This document shows positions 1 to 11,746 of a stretch of DNA of 37,470 bases, piece after piece (position 1 is the stretch's first letter; each line of letters begins with the position of its first letter). The notes beneath the pieces are model-generated. The model was not told where the DNA came from. It searched no databases and was given only the letters and a program-made list of their open reading frames with translations. The translations under genes and the position numbers were made by a program. The stretch is from Welwitschia mirabilis (Eukaryota), in contig JBOZIK010000001.1 in the NCBI GenBank assembly GCA_051453625.1, positions 9,474,931 through 9,512,400 of the forward strand. The letters are read 5' to 3'.

Positions 1-409
1 GTGTTTGTACGATCCTAACTGTTTCTGCCTTGAAAGTTGCGCTTTACTGGTCAGAACGATCATCTTTCCTCTCTAACCTTTGCTAATCTAGACGTCCCAT
101 TTGAGAAGACCGAATGTCCCAGTTTTTACTTTTAAGACTAAAAGCATTCCGGACGTCCTAGTTTGACAAGTTGGATGTCCCCATATGTTGATTCTACATT
201 GATCCCGAATGTCCAATTTCACAGGTCGAACATCCCCATACTTCAGGTCAGAGTCTATCCCAGACGTCCCAGTTTGACAGATCGGACGTCCCAGTGGGTT
301 TTCCTTAGAGAATTNNNNNNNNNNNNNNNNNNNNNNNNNNNNNNNNNNNNNNNNNNNNNNNNNNNNNNNNNNNNNNNNNNNNNNNNNNNNNAAACTCCTA
401 TATCCAACA
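1..409 (-). repeat. 3' LTR of element 1 (partial)
   Basis: Aligns by eye with ~8433-8868; both end in AAACTCCTATATCCAACA. Abuts the PPT. Contains N-gap 315-391. Confidence 0.9.
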
Positions 410-421
410 ATCTCCCCCTTT
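410..421 (-). other. Polypurine tract of element 1
   Basis: Plus strand ATCTCCCCCTTT reads AAAGGGGGAGAT on minus, directly before the LTR TG. Further PPT-like copies lie near 489-496 and 815-827. Confidence 0.88.
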
Positions 422-1037
422 ACAATGATGGCAACCCTTTCTTCAATATCTCTTCTCAAGGAAACGCAATGGGTTGAAAAGCTAGCTGTTCCCCCTGAAT
501 TTGTGCTCGTACTAGACCTGTACACATTAAGCTCAAACAAGATGTACTTGTACAGTCTCCTCAATTTGTTAGCCCAAAAGATATCATAGATATAAAGCAA
601 GTTTATTGTATACAATTTTCTCAACATAGCTTATTTAAAAATGATACAGATAAAAGATAATTTGATTTCCATTGCACAATAAAAAATTTTACATTTGTTT
701 AAGTGATAGACTTGTTACGGCATATGAGAATAATGTTACCTTTTTTTTGTTTTATTGCGGTGTAAACTGCAAAAGAAAGCAAATGAAACATAATTTTATA
801 ACTTTATATTTTCTTTTCTTCCCCTTTGTCATCATTGAAAGTAGAAAGTCTAGTAGAGACAGAGAACTGCATACAAAAACCAATGTATATCATAAGAAAT
901 TTGAGTACAAATGGTAGTACAAGAGTAGTACAAGAGTGTTTTGAAGCAAGAAGAACATATACCAAAAAAGAAAAAAGAAACATTGCACAAGAAGTAGGAA
1001 GCTAATCAAAAGAATGTCCAGAAGGAGATGGTTGCTG

Positions 1038-2195
1038 CTACTCTTCTCCATTTGAATCTACAGGGATCTCAAGTCCATAAGCTGACAAGCCGAAGACAAT
1101 ACGTTCCACTTTTTGGTGGACTCTATCTGCTGTGTGTTTCGCTTGTAAGCCAGACTCTCTAGCTTGTTCTGCAATCTGTTTGACTTCCAAGATAGCGTTC
1201 ATAATGTCTTCATTTGTAACTGGACCAGCTTGTGAACTTGCGCCTTCTTCTACACGAGCTCGTTTTTGTGGTGGAGGAGGACTTTCTGATTCTGCAAAAA
1301 TGTTCATTTTCTTCAATGAGTATAATCCCAAAGGTTTTGGGATTTTCACCTATTCTTCATCCTTGTTCACCACAAACTGATGGTTCTCTAGAAGTGCCAT
1401 TATGAGACCTCCAAAAGATAAGCTTGAGTATCCAGCAATAAANNNNNNNNNNNNNNNNNNNNNNNNNNNNNNNNNNNNNNNNNNNNNNNNNNNNNNNNNN
1501 NNNNNNNNNNNNNNNNNNNNNNNNNNNNNNNNNNNNNNNNNNAAGAACTGACTGATATAAACCATGATAAATTTGCACAGATTTATTCTAACTCCTGTGC
1601 CAAGACAAAATAGAATGTTAGCACAAAGGGGAGACACTTCATCCTTGTGACCTAGTTTTGGAACCCAATTGTGTGTACATATCTGAAATAAAACTCTACA
1701 CAGAGGCTTTAGCTGATTTGTAGGAAAATTCAGTCTCCAAACTATGTCTCTTCCACATAACTCGTGAGTGAGGGTTGCAATAGACCTAAATTCTTGAATA
1801 GAGTTAATGGAAGTAATCTTTTGAAACAAACCATCATTCAGATAGCTAGTAATGAAAGATATTTGTTCTAAATCTATTTCTACATCTCTTCCAAACACTT
1901 TTGTTCTAATTTATCAATCTTCAAAATTAAAAGTGCCATTGCAATAGAAACGTCTTACCATTCAGGCTATTGCTTCCGTAACTGAATCAAGAGCATACTA
2001 CCATCCTTGCTCTATAAAAAGATGTCCTATCTTGACTTCCCTCTTGAAGGATTCAAAATCATTTTTACTCTCTGGTGCAATTGGTTGCTTTGAAAATCCA
2101 CTGAGCCATTGTCTTCTATGATCTAGGGAAATGAACCATATTGACTCAAAGGCAGCTTCCTTGCCTTTCCGGGAGGCCAACTTGGATCTCACCAT
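1038..2195 (-). pseudogene. Extra 3' ORF ('env-like'/ORF2) of element 1, broken by stops and a frameshift
   Basis: ORF pieces 1998-2195 (MVRSKLASRKG...IEQGW), 1350-1898 (THNWVPKLGHKDEVSPLCANILFCLGTGVRINLCKFI) and 1038-1349 are collinear, and clearly homologous to 27105-28141. Confidence 0.85.
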
Positions 2196-2264
2196 GATGA
2201 AGAAGGAAAGGAATGAAAAAAAAAGAAGTTCAAAAAGAAAGGAACTTAAGTGGACAACATCGAG

Positions 2265-2456
2265 AGCGTCCACGTTTCCAATAGCTCGGACATCTAGGTT
2301 ATTGAAGCGAGACGTCCGGGTTTTTAGAAATCCGAATTTTCAAAATGAATACCTACTGGACGTCCGAGAAACTTTAGTGGGATGTGGTTTTAATAAACCC
2401 GAATTTTTAAAAAGAAGAACTATCGAATGTCCGAGAAATTTTAGTGGGACGTCCGT
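2265..2456. promoter_or_regulatory. Cluster of GACGTC-type palindromes between pol and ORF2 (element 1)
   Basis: GACATC 2289, GACGTC 2311, 2359 and 2448, AATGTC 2426; same motif as in the LTRs. Regulatory role is inferred. Confidence 0.55.
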
Positions 2457-2564
2457 GTTTGAGAAATCACAAATTTCGCACAAAAACCGAGAGTTTAATA
2501 AAGTTGATCAAGATTTAAGAGATTGATGACAAAGATAGGATCAAGATAGACAAGGTTGACAAGT

Positions 2565-5500
2565 TTACTGAGGATTGGAGCAGACCCCAATACTTACATT
2601 CTTCCTAAGATTAGTGAATCTTTCTTCAAATAAACTTTTTGTCATAATGTCAACAATTTGATTTTCAGTACTAATGCATTCTAAGTCAATAATGTGTTTT
2701 TGAACTTGTTCTTTAATGAAGTGATGTCTTATGTCGATATGTTTTGTTCTCGAATGTTGGACCAGATTTTTAGTTATATTGACTGCACTAGTGTTGTCAC
2801 AATAGAGTTTATTGAATCTAGTTTGATCCCAAAGTCATTCAACATGTGTTCATCCACAAAAGTTGAGCACAATACACACTAGCAACAATGTACTCAGCTT
2901 CTGCTGTTGATAAGGAAGTTGAGTTTTGTTTTCTACTAAGCTATGACACTAAGCAGCTTCCCATGTAAAAGCATAACCTACTTGTGCTCTTGCGATCATC
3001 AACACAGCCAACCCAGTCTGTATTATTATAACCAGCTAATTCTATCATAGTATCATATGGATACCAAAGACCATAATATTGAGCTGATTTTAGATACCTC
3101 GGAATCCTTTTAGCACAAGCTAAGTGAGATTCTTTTGGATTAGCTTGGTACCGAGCACAAACTCCCACACTATGTGCTATATCTAGTCTACTAGCGTGAC
3201 ATAAAGGAGACTACCAATTATTCCTCTATAAAGTTTTTGATCTACTCCCTTTCCATTGCCATCTTTGCCTAATTTGATACTTGTAGATAGAGGAGTCTTG
3301 GCATCCTTGACATTGCTAATTTCATATTTTTCTAACATTTCATGAATGTATTTAGTTTGACTTATGAATACCCCGTCTTGCATTTGTCTTACTTGCAGTC
3401 CCAAAAAGAAATTTAATTCACCCCTGAGACTTATTTCAAATTCACTTTGCATAAGATTGGCAAAATTAATAGCAAGACTATCTCTAGTTGCTTCAAAAAC
3501 AATGTCATCTACATATATTTGAACAATGATTATCAATCTTTTCTCTTTTAATAAACAATGTAGGATCAACACTGCCTTTTGAAAAACCATTAGATGTCAA
3601 GAAGGTAGTTAATCTCTCAAACCAAGCTCTTGNNNNNNNNNNNNNNNNNNNNNNNNNNNNNNNNNNNNNNNNNNNNNNNNNNNNNNNNNNNNNNNNNNNN
3701 NNNNNNNNNNNNNNNNNNNNNNNNNNNNNNNNCTATTGGGGCTTGTTTGAGGCCATATAATTCATTGTTGAGTTTTTACACATGATCTTGAAATTTTGAG
3801 TCAATAAATCTTGGTGGTTGAGCCACATAAACTTCTTCATTAATATATCCATTTAGGAATGCACTTTTAATATCCATCTAATATAGTCTTATCTTATGAT
3901 AGCAAGCGAAAGCAAGCAACATTCTTATGGCTTCAAGTCTAGCTACGGAGGCAAAAGTTTTGCCATAGTCTATTCCTTCCTCTTGATTGTACCCTTGAGC
4001 AACTAATCTAGCTTTGTTTTGAACAACATTATGATTCTCATCCCTTTTATTCTTGAAAACCCCTTTTGTTTCAATTATATGTTTACCTTTTGGAGTAAGT
4101 ACAAGATCCCAAACTTTATTACATTCAAATTGATTTAGTTCTTATTGCATAACCAGCATCCAATATTCGTCTTGTTTAGCTTCTTGAAAAGTTTTGGGTT
4201 CTAACGAAGATAAAAAACATAGAAAACTGCTGCTTATACTCTTTCCACTTCTAGTTGTAGTTCTTTGATTTGGGTTACTTAGAATATTTTCTTGTGGATG
4301 ATCTCTTTTGGTTCTCAATGGTAGAGTAGTCTGTTTTTGAGATTGATCATTTTGATCTGATGTTGATTCATTGCTACTTCTAGGATTGGTTGTTTNNNNN
4401 NNNNNNNNNNNNNNNNNNNNNNNNNNNNNNNNNNNNNNNNNNNNNNNNNNNNNNNNNNNNNNNNNNNNNNNNNNNNNNNNNNNNNNNNNNNNNNNTCTTG
4501 TGGATGATCTCTTTTGGTTCTCAATGGTAGAGTAGTATGTTTTTGAGATTGATCATTTTGATCTGATGTTGATTCATTGCTACTTCTAGGATTGGTTGTT
4601 TCAACCACATCTTCATCATCTTTATCTGTAGTTATTTCGACTTTATTACTATCATAAATTTTGACATGAATTGTTTCTTCAACTCTGCATGACACTTTGT
4701 TATACACTCTGTAAGCCTTGCTTGTCATGGAGTAACCCAAAAATATTCCTTCATCAGCTTTAGATTCAAATTTTCTAGTTTCTCCCTTATCCTTAAGAAT
4801 TAAACACTTGCTTCCAAATACTTTAAAATAGCTTACAGTAGGTCTTTTTTCATTCCACAACTCATATGGAGTTTTGTTTGTGTTGGGCCTTAGAAAAAAT
4901 TCTGTTGCTAATGTAATAGGCAATATTAATTGCTTCTACCCAAAAATGCTGAGACAAAGATTTATCATTTAACATGGTCCTACACATTTCTATTAAAACT
5001 CTATTTTTTCTTTCAGCTACCCCATTTTGTTGAGGAGTCCTTGAAGCTGAGAGGTGATGTGAAATACAATGGGAATCACAGAAGTTTTCAAATTTGTCAT
5101 TTACAAACTCACCTTCTCTGTTAGATCGAATAGTCTTGATGATATAACCTTTTTCATTTTAGATTCTTTTGCATATCGTTACAAATACATCAAATGCTTT
5201 GTCCTTGCTAAACAGAAACGAAACCCAACAATAACGTGAAAAATCATCAACCATTATAAGAAAATACCTCTTGCCACCAATGCTTCTTGTTTGATCTGGT
5301 CCTACTAAATCCATGTGAATTAAATCTAGCGGTCTAGTGGTAGTTGTGATGGTTTTACTCTTAAAGCTTGATTTGGTTAACTTGCCTTTAACACATGATT
5401 CACATACCTTTGCTTAGTCCATGTTGATTTTGGGTACTCCTTTTACAATCTCCTTTGAGGTAATCTTGGTTAAGTCTTTAAGATTCATATGGCCCAATCT

Positions 5501-7778
5501 CTTATGCCGAAGGTTGATATCATCTTCTTTGGCCATGTAGCATCTTTCATTTGACTTGTTATTGTTCTTACAAATGATATATATGCATTTAGATCTACTA
5601 CTAGTGAGTACAACTTTGTTGGTGGTGGCATTGTGAATATTATACTTATCTTGATAAAAAGACAATGTTAACTCTATCACATATTTGAAATATACTTAGC
5701 AAGTGATGTTTTAGACTATTGACCAAGTACACATCATGAAAAGTTGGATGGTCATCATTAGCTGTAACAACACCTTTTCCTACAATGTATCCTTTCCTAT
5801 CATCATCAAATGTCACTTCTTCTCGTTGTATTCTTGAAAAGATGAAAGCAAGTTTTTGTCTCCTGTCATGTGCCTAGAACACCCACTATCTAGATACCAC
5901 CTAGTTCTTTCTTGGGCTTTNNNNNNNNNNNNNNNNNNNNNNNNNNNNNNNNNNNNNNNNNNNNNNNNNNNNNNNNNNNNNNNNNNNNNNNNNNNNNNNN
6001 NNNNNNNNNNNNNNNNNNNNGAAAGCAAGTTTTTGTCTCCTGTCATGTGCCTAGAACACCCACTATCTAGATACCACCTAGTTCTTTCTTGGGCTTTGAA
6101 GGTTGTGTGAGCAAAGAGCGAGGGCATCTTCTTTTTAACCTATTGAGGTTTGGAATACCTAACTTGAAATGTTTGAGGGTTTTTCTTACAAATCTGAATC
6201 CATTACTCAAGTTGAAGTAAAGAGATTTCTTATATGGACAAATGAATTGAATGTAACCATGCCTATTACAATAATGACACTTAAGGCTTGTCTTGGCAAA
6301 GGATTCATATTTAGTACTGAGGCCAAAATTTTGTAAAACAGGTGAGTTAAACTTGCTACAACCAATTCCTGATTTGTCAGAAGGATTTCATCCCAACCTT
6401 AGAAATTTGTGGAAGTTTTCATTTCCTTGGGTTAAGCGACTTCCTATAGTCTTAGCATCTTGAAGTTCAAGAGTCAATGAAGTTATTTTTGCATTAGCTT
6501 CTTCTAAATTATGTTCCAATTTATCAATTGTCTTTTTGTAGGAAACATTCTTCTTTCCTAAGTCTATGCTAAACAAATACAATTTCTTGTAAGCATCTAA
6601 AAGCTCATCATGATCAATATCTAGATCATCGCAATTGTGAAAGTTATTTTCAGATATTTCCTGTCTAGTGCTAGTAACGGAATCATTATTTGAAAGACTA
6701 GAGAAGATAGGGGTAGCTACCTCTTCTGCTACAACAAGGAGTCCGAAGTCCACCATGTCATCTTCATCACTAGAATCAGCCCATTCTTCATCTGACTCAT
6801 CCCATGTAGCCTTGAACACTTTCTTTCCTTTGTCCTTCCTATCCTTTTTATTGTTTACACAATCTACAGCTACATGTCTAGAACGCATTCATAACATTGA
6901 ATAGATTGAAGAGGTTTCTTACTTTTCTCAAATTTACCTTTGATTGGTCTTTTAGAGTATTTTGATTCCTTCTTCTTACGTAGAAACCGCTTGGAGTTCT
7001 TTGTGAGATGAGCTAGATCTTCATCAATCTTATCTTTACTCAAGTAGCTTTCATTGGAATCATCAGTTGCCTTTAACGCAATACTCTTTCGTTTTGGCAC
7101 TTCTTCTTCTGGAAGTAGAGTTGCTTCATAGGCCATTAATGATCCTTTCAACTCTTCCACCTTAATCTTATCTATGTCCTTGCTTTCTTCAATTGTTGTC
7201 ACTTTAGGTCTAAATTTTGTAGTAAGGCTTGTTAAGATTTTTTTTTTTTTGTTTACCACTCAGTTTTCTGGAACTCTCTCACCTAATCCCCACATGTTGT
7301 TGACGATATTACTGACCTTGGTTGTGTACTTCGCAATTGACTTTGATTCTTCCATCCTGATATTTTCAAGCTTGGTCGTGAGGATCTAAAGTTTAGAGTT
7401 CTTCACAATGTTAGACCCTTCATAAGCCACCTTCAAGGTCTCCCACATTTCTTTGGCACTAATACATTAAACTAATTCTGTCACATTCCCAATTTGATAA
7501 TGTACAAATTATAGTGTTCATAGCTCATGCATTGTTCTGAAGTTGTCTTTTGTTGTCATCATCCTATTTGTCTCTAGGCTTAAAGAAACTATTCCATTCA
7601 CATCAACTTTTGTAGGAAGTTGATAGCCTAGCTCCACCAAGTCCCAAATATCCAAATGAAGAAAGGTCAGGAAGATGCTCATCTTAGACTTCCAATGAGC
7701 ATAGTTGCTCCCATTAAAGAAAGGGGGTTTGGACACTACATGGCCTTTTGGGTAGCTTGAGTAGCCGCAGGATGCCAT
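2565..7778 (-). pseudogene. gag-pol polyprotein of element 1 with many stops and frameshifts
   Basis: gag KPPFFNGSNYAHWKSKM; two CCHC-like knuckles (~6860-6900, ~6235-6280); protease WYLDSGCSRHMTG; integrase LIHMDLVGP and DEGIFLGYSMTSKAYRVYN; RT VQIYVDDIVF; RNase [29 protein letters not shown]; stop at 2565-2567. Confidence 0.95.
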
Positions 7779-7822
7779 AATTATACCTGAAGACACAAAA
7801 ATACACTAATCTAGAGCAACCA

Positions 7823-7835
7823 GGCTTTGATACCA
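7823..7835 (-). other. Primer-binding site (initiator tRNA-Met type) of element 1
   Basis: Minus strand TGGTATCAAAGCC, one mismatch to canonical TGGTATCAGAGCC, 2 nt after the LTR CA end. Confidence 0.9.
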
Positions 7836-7837
7836 AT

Positions 7838-8868
7838 TGTTAGGATCGAATGGCGGGTGTTATCAAAAATTATAAGATACTAAAAGAATAATTGACAGCC
7901 TTTAATGAATTTAAAACAAATTGCATGAAACCAATTGAAAAACACAAAAGAAGAATGCACCATAGATTTATAATGGTTTGGCACAAGAGCCAACTCCACT
8001 CTCAAGGGGCAGCAACAACCTTCAGTCTCCTGGATCCTTTAATCTTCAAAAATCATTACACCACCCTCCAACAAAGGGCTTCAGCATGAACACAACAATT
8101 CACCAAGGTAACCTCTATTACTACTAAATGCTCATCAAGAGCTACACATATAATCTGTAACAATTTGCTTTTGTCAGTTGTGTCCCAATGATGCACTAAC
8201 CGTCAACATGTTCTCAGCACTCTAGACTTTCAACAAAGTAACTCAGTGAAGTACAGATGAAAGAAGAGAGAAAGAGTGACAGAATGATAGCTTAGTCAAG
8301 TACAGTCTTTTTTCAAAGCTTTAAAAATGATATCACAGGCAAGTAACCGAATGATCTACTTTGTAAATAGGTTATATAACCTCCTTTTTCAGCTGTTAGA
8401 TCCTCGAACAAGATGTAGTCAGGCTTGAATGACGTGCCATAGGATATCCTAGCCGTTTCTCCCTTGAAAGCTGTGCTTTACTGGTCAGAATGGTCATCTT
8501 TCCCCTCTAACGTTCACCGATCCGGATGCGGCGTTTGAGAAGACCAAATGTCCTAGTTTTTACTGTTAAGACTAAAAGCATTCTAGATGTCCCAGTTTGA
8601 CAGGTCAAATGTCTCCATATATTGATTTTGCATTGATCCCGGAAGTCTCGATTTGACAGGTTGGACATCCTGATACTTCAAGTTAGAGTCTATCCCAGAC
8701 GTCTCGATTTGACAAGTTGGACGTCCCAGTGCGTTTTCCTTAGAAAAGTCTCCAGAATTATTTGATCTCTTCGATTTTGCCAGTCTTCGGATTCTTAGAT
8801 TCTCAAGAGAGCTCATAATCAGCCTGTTGAGGATCACTTTGTCATCATTGAAACTCCTATATCCAACA
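7838..8868 (-). repeat. 5' LTR of element 1 (~1.03 kb)
   Basis: TG...CA termini; adjacent PBS; matches 1-409; TATA-containing palindrome AGGTTATATAACCT at 8369-8382; GACGTC motif cluster ~8520-8730. Confidence 0.92.
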
Positions 8869-9200
8869 TGGAAGAGAGAGAATTCTCCCAAAATTCCACT
8901 CACAAGGTATGGAAGATCCCTCCATCTCTTCCACATCTAGCTACAGTATGCCTCTAAGACCTCCTTTGAACTGCTTTCGTGCTCGAGATAGCTCTATTTC
9001 GCACATGTGTATGCTTCAGAGGCCACCCTTCACTAAGCCTGAGAAAATCCATAGTTTCCCTTAGCATAAGTTTCATTCCAAAGTTAAAGAACTAGTCTAT
9101 TGCTTCAAATAAGTTCCCTTTCCCTAAACCCATTCCTTCCCACCTCACTTGACACTTTTCATGCCCAAGGCATCAAATTTGACATCAGCATGGAAGATCT
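8869..9200 (-). pseudogene. Possible highly decayed Ty3/gypsy gag fragment, interrupted by element 1
   Basis: Manual minus-strand translation gives RETMDFLRLSEG and, in another frame, HMCEIELSRARKQFKGGLRGIL, reminiscent of plant Retrotrans_gag motifs (EFxxLxQG, RxFxxGLR). Weak evidence. Confidence 0.35.
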
Positions 9201-11457
9201 TGCATGTTCTCCTTCCAGACTTAGTCTTCAGATTTTGCTATAGTCTAGCATGTCCCATTTAGTGAGGGTCATTTTAATTGTCCTTTCCATAAGTCTAAAT
9301 CCCATCTACTTTTGTTGAAGCTAGTCTCCCATGATCCTCCTCTTCCTTGTCTCCTAAGTTCCCTGAGTCTCAAGCCATTCCCTCGTCTACCGTTCCTTAG
9401 AGCTTTTTTATTCTCTCTGCTCATTCCCTCACGCCTGTTCTTTCTNNNNNNNNNNNNNNNNNNNNNNNNNNNNNNNNNNNNNNNNNNNNNNNNNNNNNNN
9501 NNNNNNNNNNNNNNNNNNNNNNNNNNNNNNNNNNNNNNNNNNNNNNNNNNNNNNNNNNNNNNNNNNNNNNNNNNNNNNNNNNNNNNNNNNNNNNNNNNNN
9601 NNNNNNNNNNNNNNNNNNNNNNNNNNNNNNNNNNNNNNNNNNNNNNNNNNNNNNNNNNNNNNNNNNNNNNNNNNNNNNNNNNNNNNNNNNNNNNNNNNNN
9701 NNNNNNNNNNNNNNNNNNNNNNNNNNNNNNNNNNNNNNNNNNNNNNNNNNNNNNNNNNNNNNNNNNNNNNNNNNNNNNNNNNNNNNNNNNNNNNNNNNNN
9801 NNNNNNNNNNNNNNNNNNNNNNNNNNNNNNNNNNNNNNNNNNNNNNNNNNNNNNNNNNNNNNNNNNNNNNNNNNNNNNNNNNNNNNNNNNNNNNNNNNNN
9901 NNNNNNNNNNNNNNNNNNNNNNNNNNNNNNNNNNNNNNNNNNNNNNNNNNNNNNNNNNNNNNNNNNNNNNNNNNNNNNNNNNNNNNNNNNNNNNNNNNNN
10001 NNNNNNNNNNNNNNNNNNNNNNNNNNNNNNNNNNNNNNNNNNNNNNNNNNGTCTTGAAGCTGTTCCCTTGCTATTAGTTTGTAACTAGCTAGGAGATGAT
10101 GTCTGGATGCTATATGGGTCTATACCCCTACAATCAGTATCATTTCTCCCTTGTCTCCTAATACCACTCCCACTATTTTGCTCTTAGACAATAGTTGCAG
10201 CCTTTCCCTTTCTCTCTTGCTTCTAGGTCCTCACATTTGGAGGTCATCTCTTTATTCACTGATACCTTCCTAATTCCTCATTCTTGCTGCTCTTCAGTCA
10301 AGTGTTGTCTTTCCTTCCAACACCTAGATATTAATCTTAGCCTCCATTGACAACAGTCTTCTCAATCCAAGTTAACCAAAGTTGTATCTTTTTTCATGGA
10401 GGAGTCTATAAGAAAGTCAGATGTTATTTCTCTTTTCTCAAGGTTGCCTTCTCTTAGGACTCACTCAAAGTTTCCCTTCATTATAGGAAGATTTCTTCCC
10501 CTTTTCTCTTGCCTTTTCTTTTTGTTGTCTTCCTCCCACAAGAAAGGACCTGATATATATTGTCCTTCTTCCTTCTTTTGAGAGAGAGTGTTGTTCTATA
10601 GTTATATTGTTCCTAAATAAGATAAAGTTTTGTTTTTCTCTTACACTCTGGAACTTACCCTTGTAGGCACATCAGAGTCAAAGTGAAAAGGACCTTGTGT
10701 AAGGCAACCCTCTTTCTTTGAGAGAAATAACCTTTAATTTTCAGTGGAGGAAAAAGAGCATCCTTAGCGTGTAACCTTCTTCCTTCTTTCTAAAGAACTT
10801 CCCTAACCCAACCTTGCTAGGAGATCCAGTTTTGGAACCTCTAATCCCCACACCCCAGACCTGCTTCATCTTCCCTATTGCGGATACGTTTGGAGTAATG
10901 TACGGGTACCTCTCTTTTTGGAAGTCCTCCCCTTTCTTCACCCTATACTCTTTCCCTTTTTTCGTTAAGCCTTCTATTTTCTGTAACGTTCTCACCCCAT
11001 GCTGTAGTTGTCCCCTGTTACTCTGTACCTTGAGAGTTCCTATTTTGGGTGCCTAATTTCATGCTGCCCTCTCAAACAAGTCTAGGCTGCCTCACCCTGG
11101 AAAGCAGACATTGTTGTCCCTTCCTAGCCTAGGGAATTGAATTTACGTTAAGAGAAACTTTGAAAGCATTTTCATCCAGTAAAAATATAATATAGAGACT
11201 TACTGCATTGCAATTACAACGAATAAGCATGAAAATGCAGAGATACAAGGACACTGAAACATTGTACAATATCATTGCAATGGACAGGATTCCATTTGTC
11301 TCGGATAAAGCACATCTCAAAAAGCCAAAAAAAAAAATTTTAACATAGGAAATTTAAACAGTTATATTTGGCAACCAAAGAAACTTCCAATGAAGAGGGG
11401 GAAAAAGTATGCATTTGTTAAAATAAAGAATTCATTCAAGAGGATCACCACTTGTAC

Positions 11458-11577
11458 TTGTCTCAATTCATTGTTAATCCAACATTGTATTTGAAGGTCT
11501 TGCCCATTGATCTCAGATGCTGGAACTATCCAAGGACCCATGGGGCAAAATGTATCACAGCTTTTCCCCAAAAACCA
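11458..11577 (-). CDS. Exon of FAH-family (FAHD2/bacterial-like) protein: WFLGKSCDTFCPMGPWIVPASEINGQDLQIQCWINNELRQ
   Basis: Acceptor ...catttacAG; donor CAA|GTacaa (other nearby GTs possible); 120 nt, phase 0. GKxxDTFCPMGP is a conserved FAA_hydrolase motif. Confidence 0.9.
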
Positions 11578-11691
11578 CTGTAAATGAACCACATGAGAAG
11601 AATAAATTCTTAGCATTCTGTCAGCATCCTACTTGAATGGCACACGACCTAAAAAGAAAATGATAAGGAAACAAATAAAGTCTTAGAATAC

Positions 11692-11746
11692 CTGCTGGTG
11701 GCGTTTTTGCAAATCTCTGGCAGTAACATCATTTAAAATAGTGTAC
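11692..11746 (-). CDS. Exon of FAH-family protein: (G)YTILNDVTARDLQKRHQQ
   Basis: Acceptor ...aaaAG, donor CAG|GTattc; 55 nt. Phases match both neighbouring exons. NDVTARD is the metal-binding motif. Confidence 0.9.

Larger units (their letters stand above)
1..8868 (-). mobile_element. Ty1/copia LTR retrotransposon, SIRE/Sirevirus lineage (element 1), decayed; 3' LTR runs off the window start
   Basis: Minus-strand order is 5'LTR (7838-8868), tRNA-Met PBS, gag-PR-INT-RT-RH, extra ORF, several PPT-like tracts, 3'LTR (1-409). INT before RT is the copia order; the extra 3' ORF and AGGGGGAG PPT fit SIRE. Confidence 0.93.

Noticed and set aside
4290..4600. ~105-bp direct repeat flanking the N-gap 4396-4495
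   Set aside because: Near-identical sequence on both sides of a 100-N gap indicates an unmerged contig overlap, not a biological duplication.
5844..6097. Apparent duplicated protease motif (WYLDSGCSRHMTG twice)
   Set aside because: Identical 77-bp copies flank a 100-N gap; assembly artefact.
9312..10088. 258-aa ORF in the ORF track
   Set aside because: Mostly translated Ns.
11362..11616. 84-aa ORF as a standalone gene
   Set aside because: Only 11458-11577 is FAH-like; the flanks are intron read-through bounded by AG and GT.
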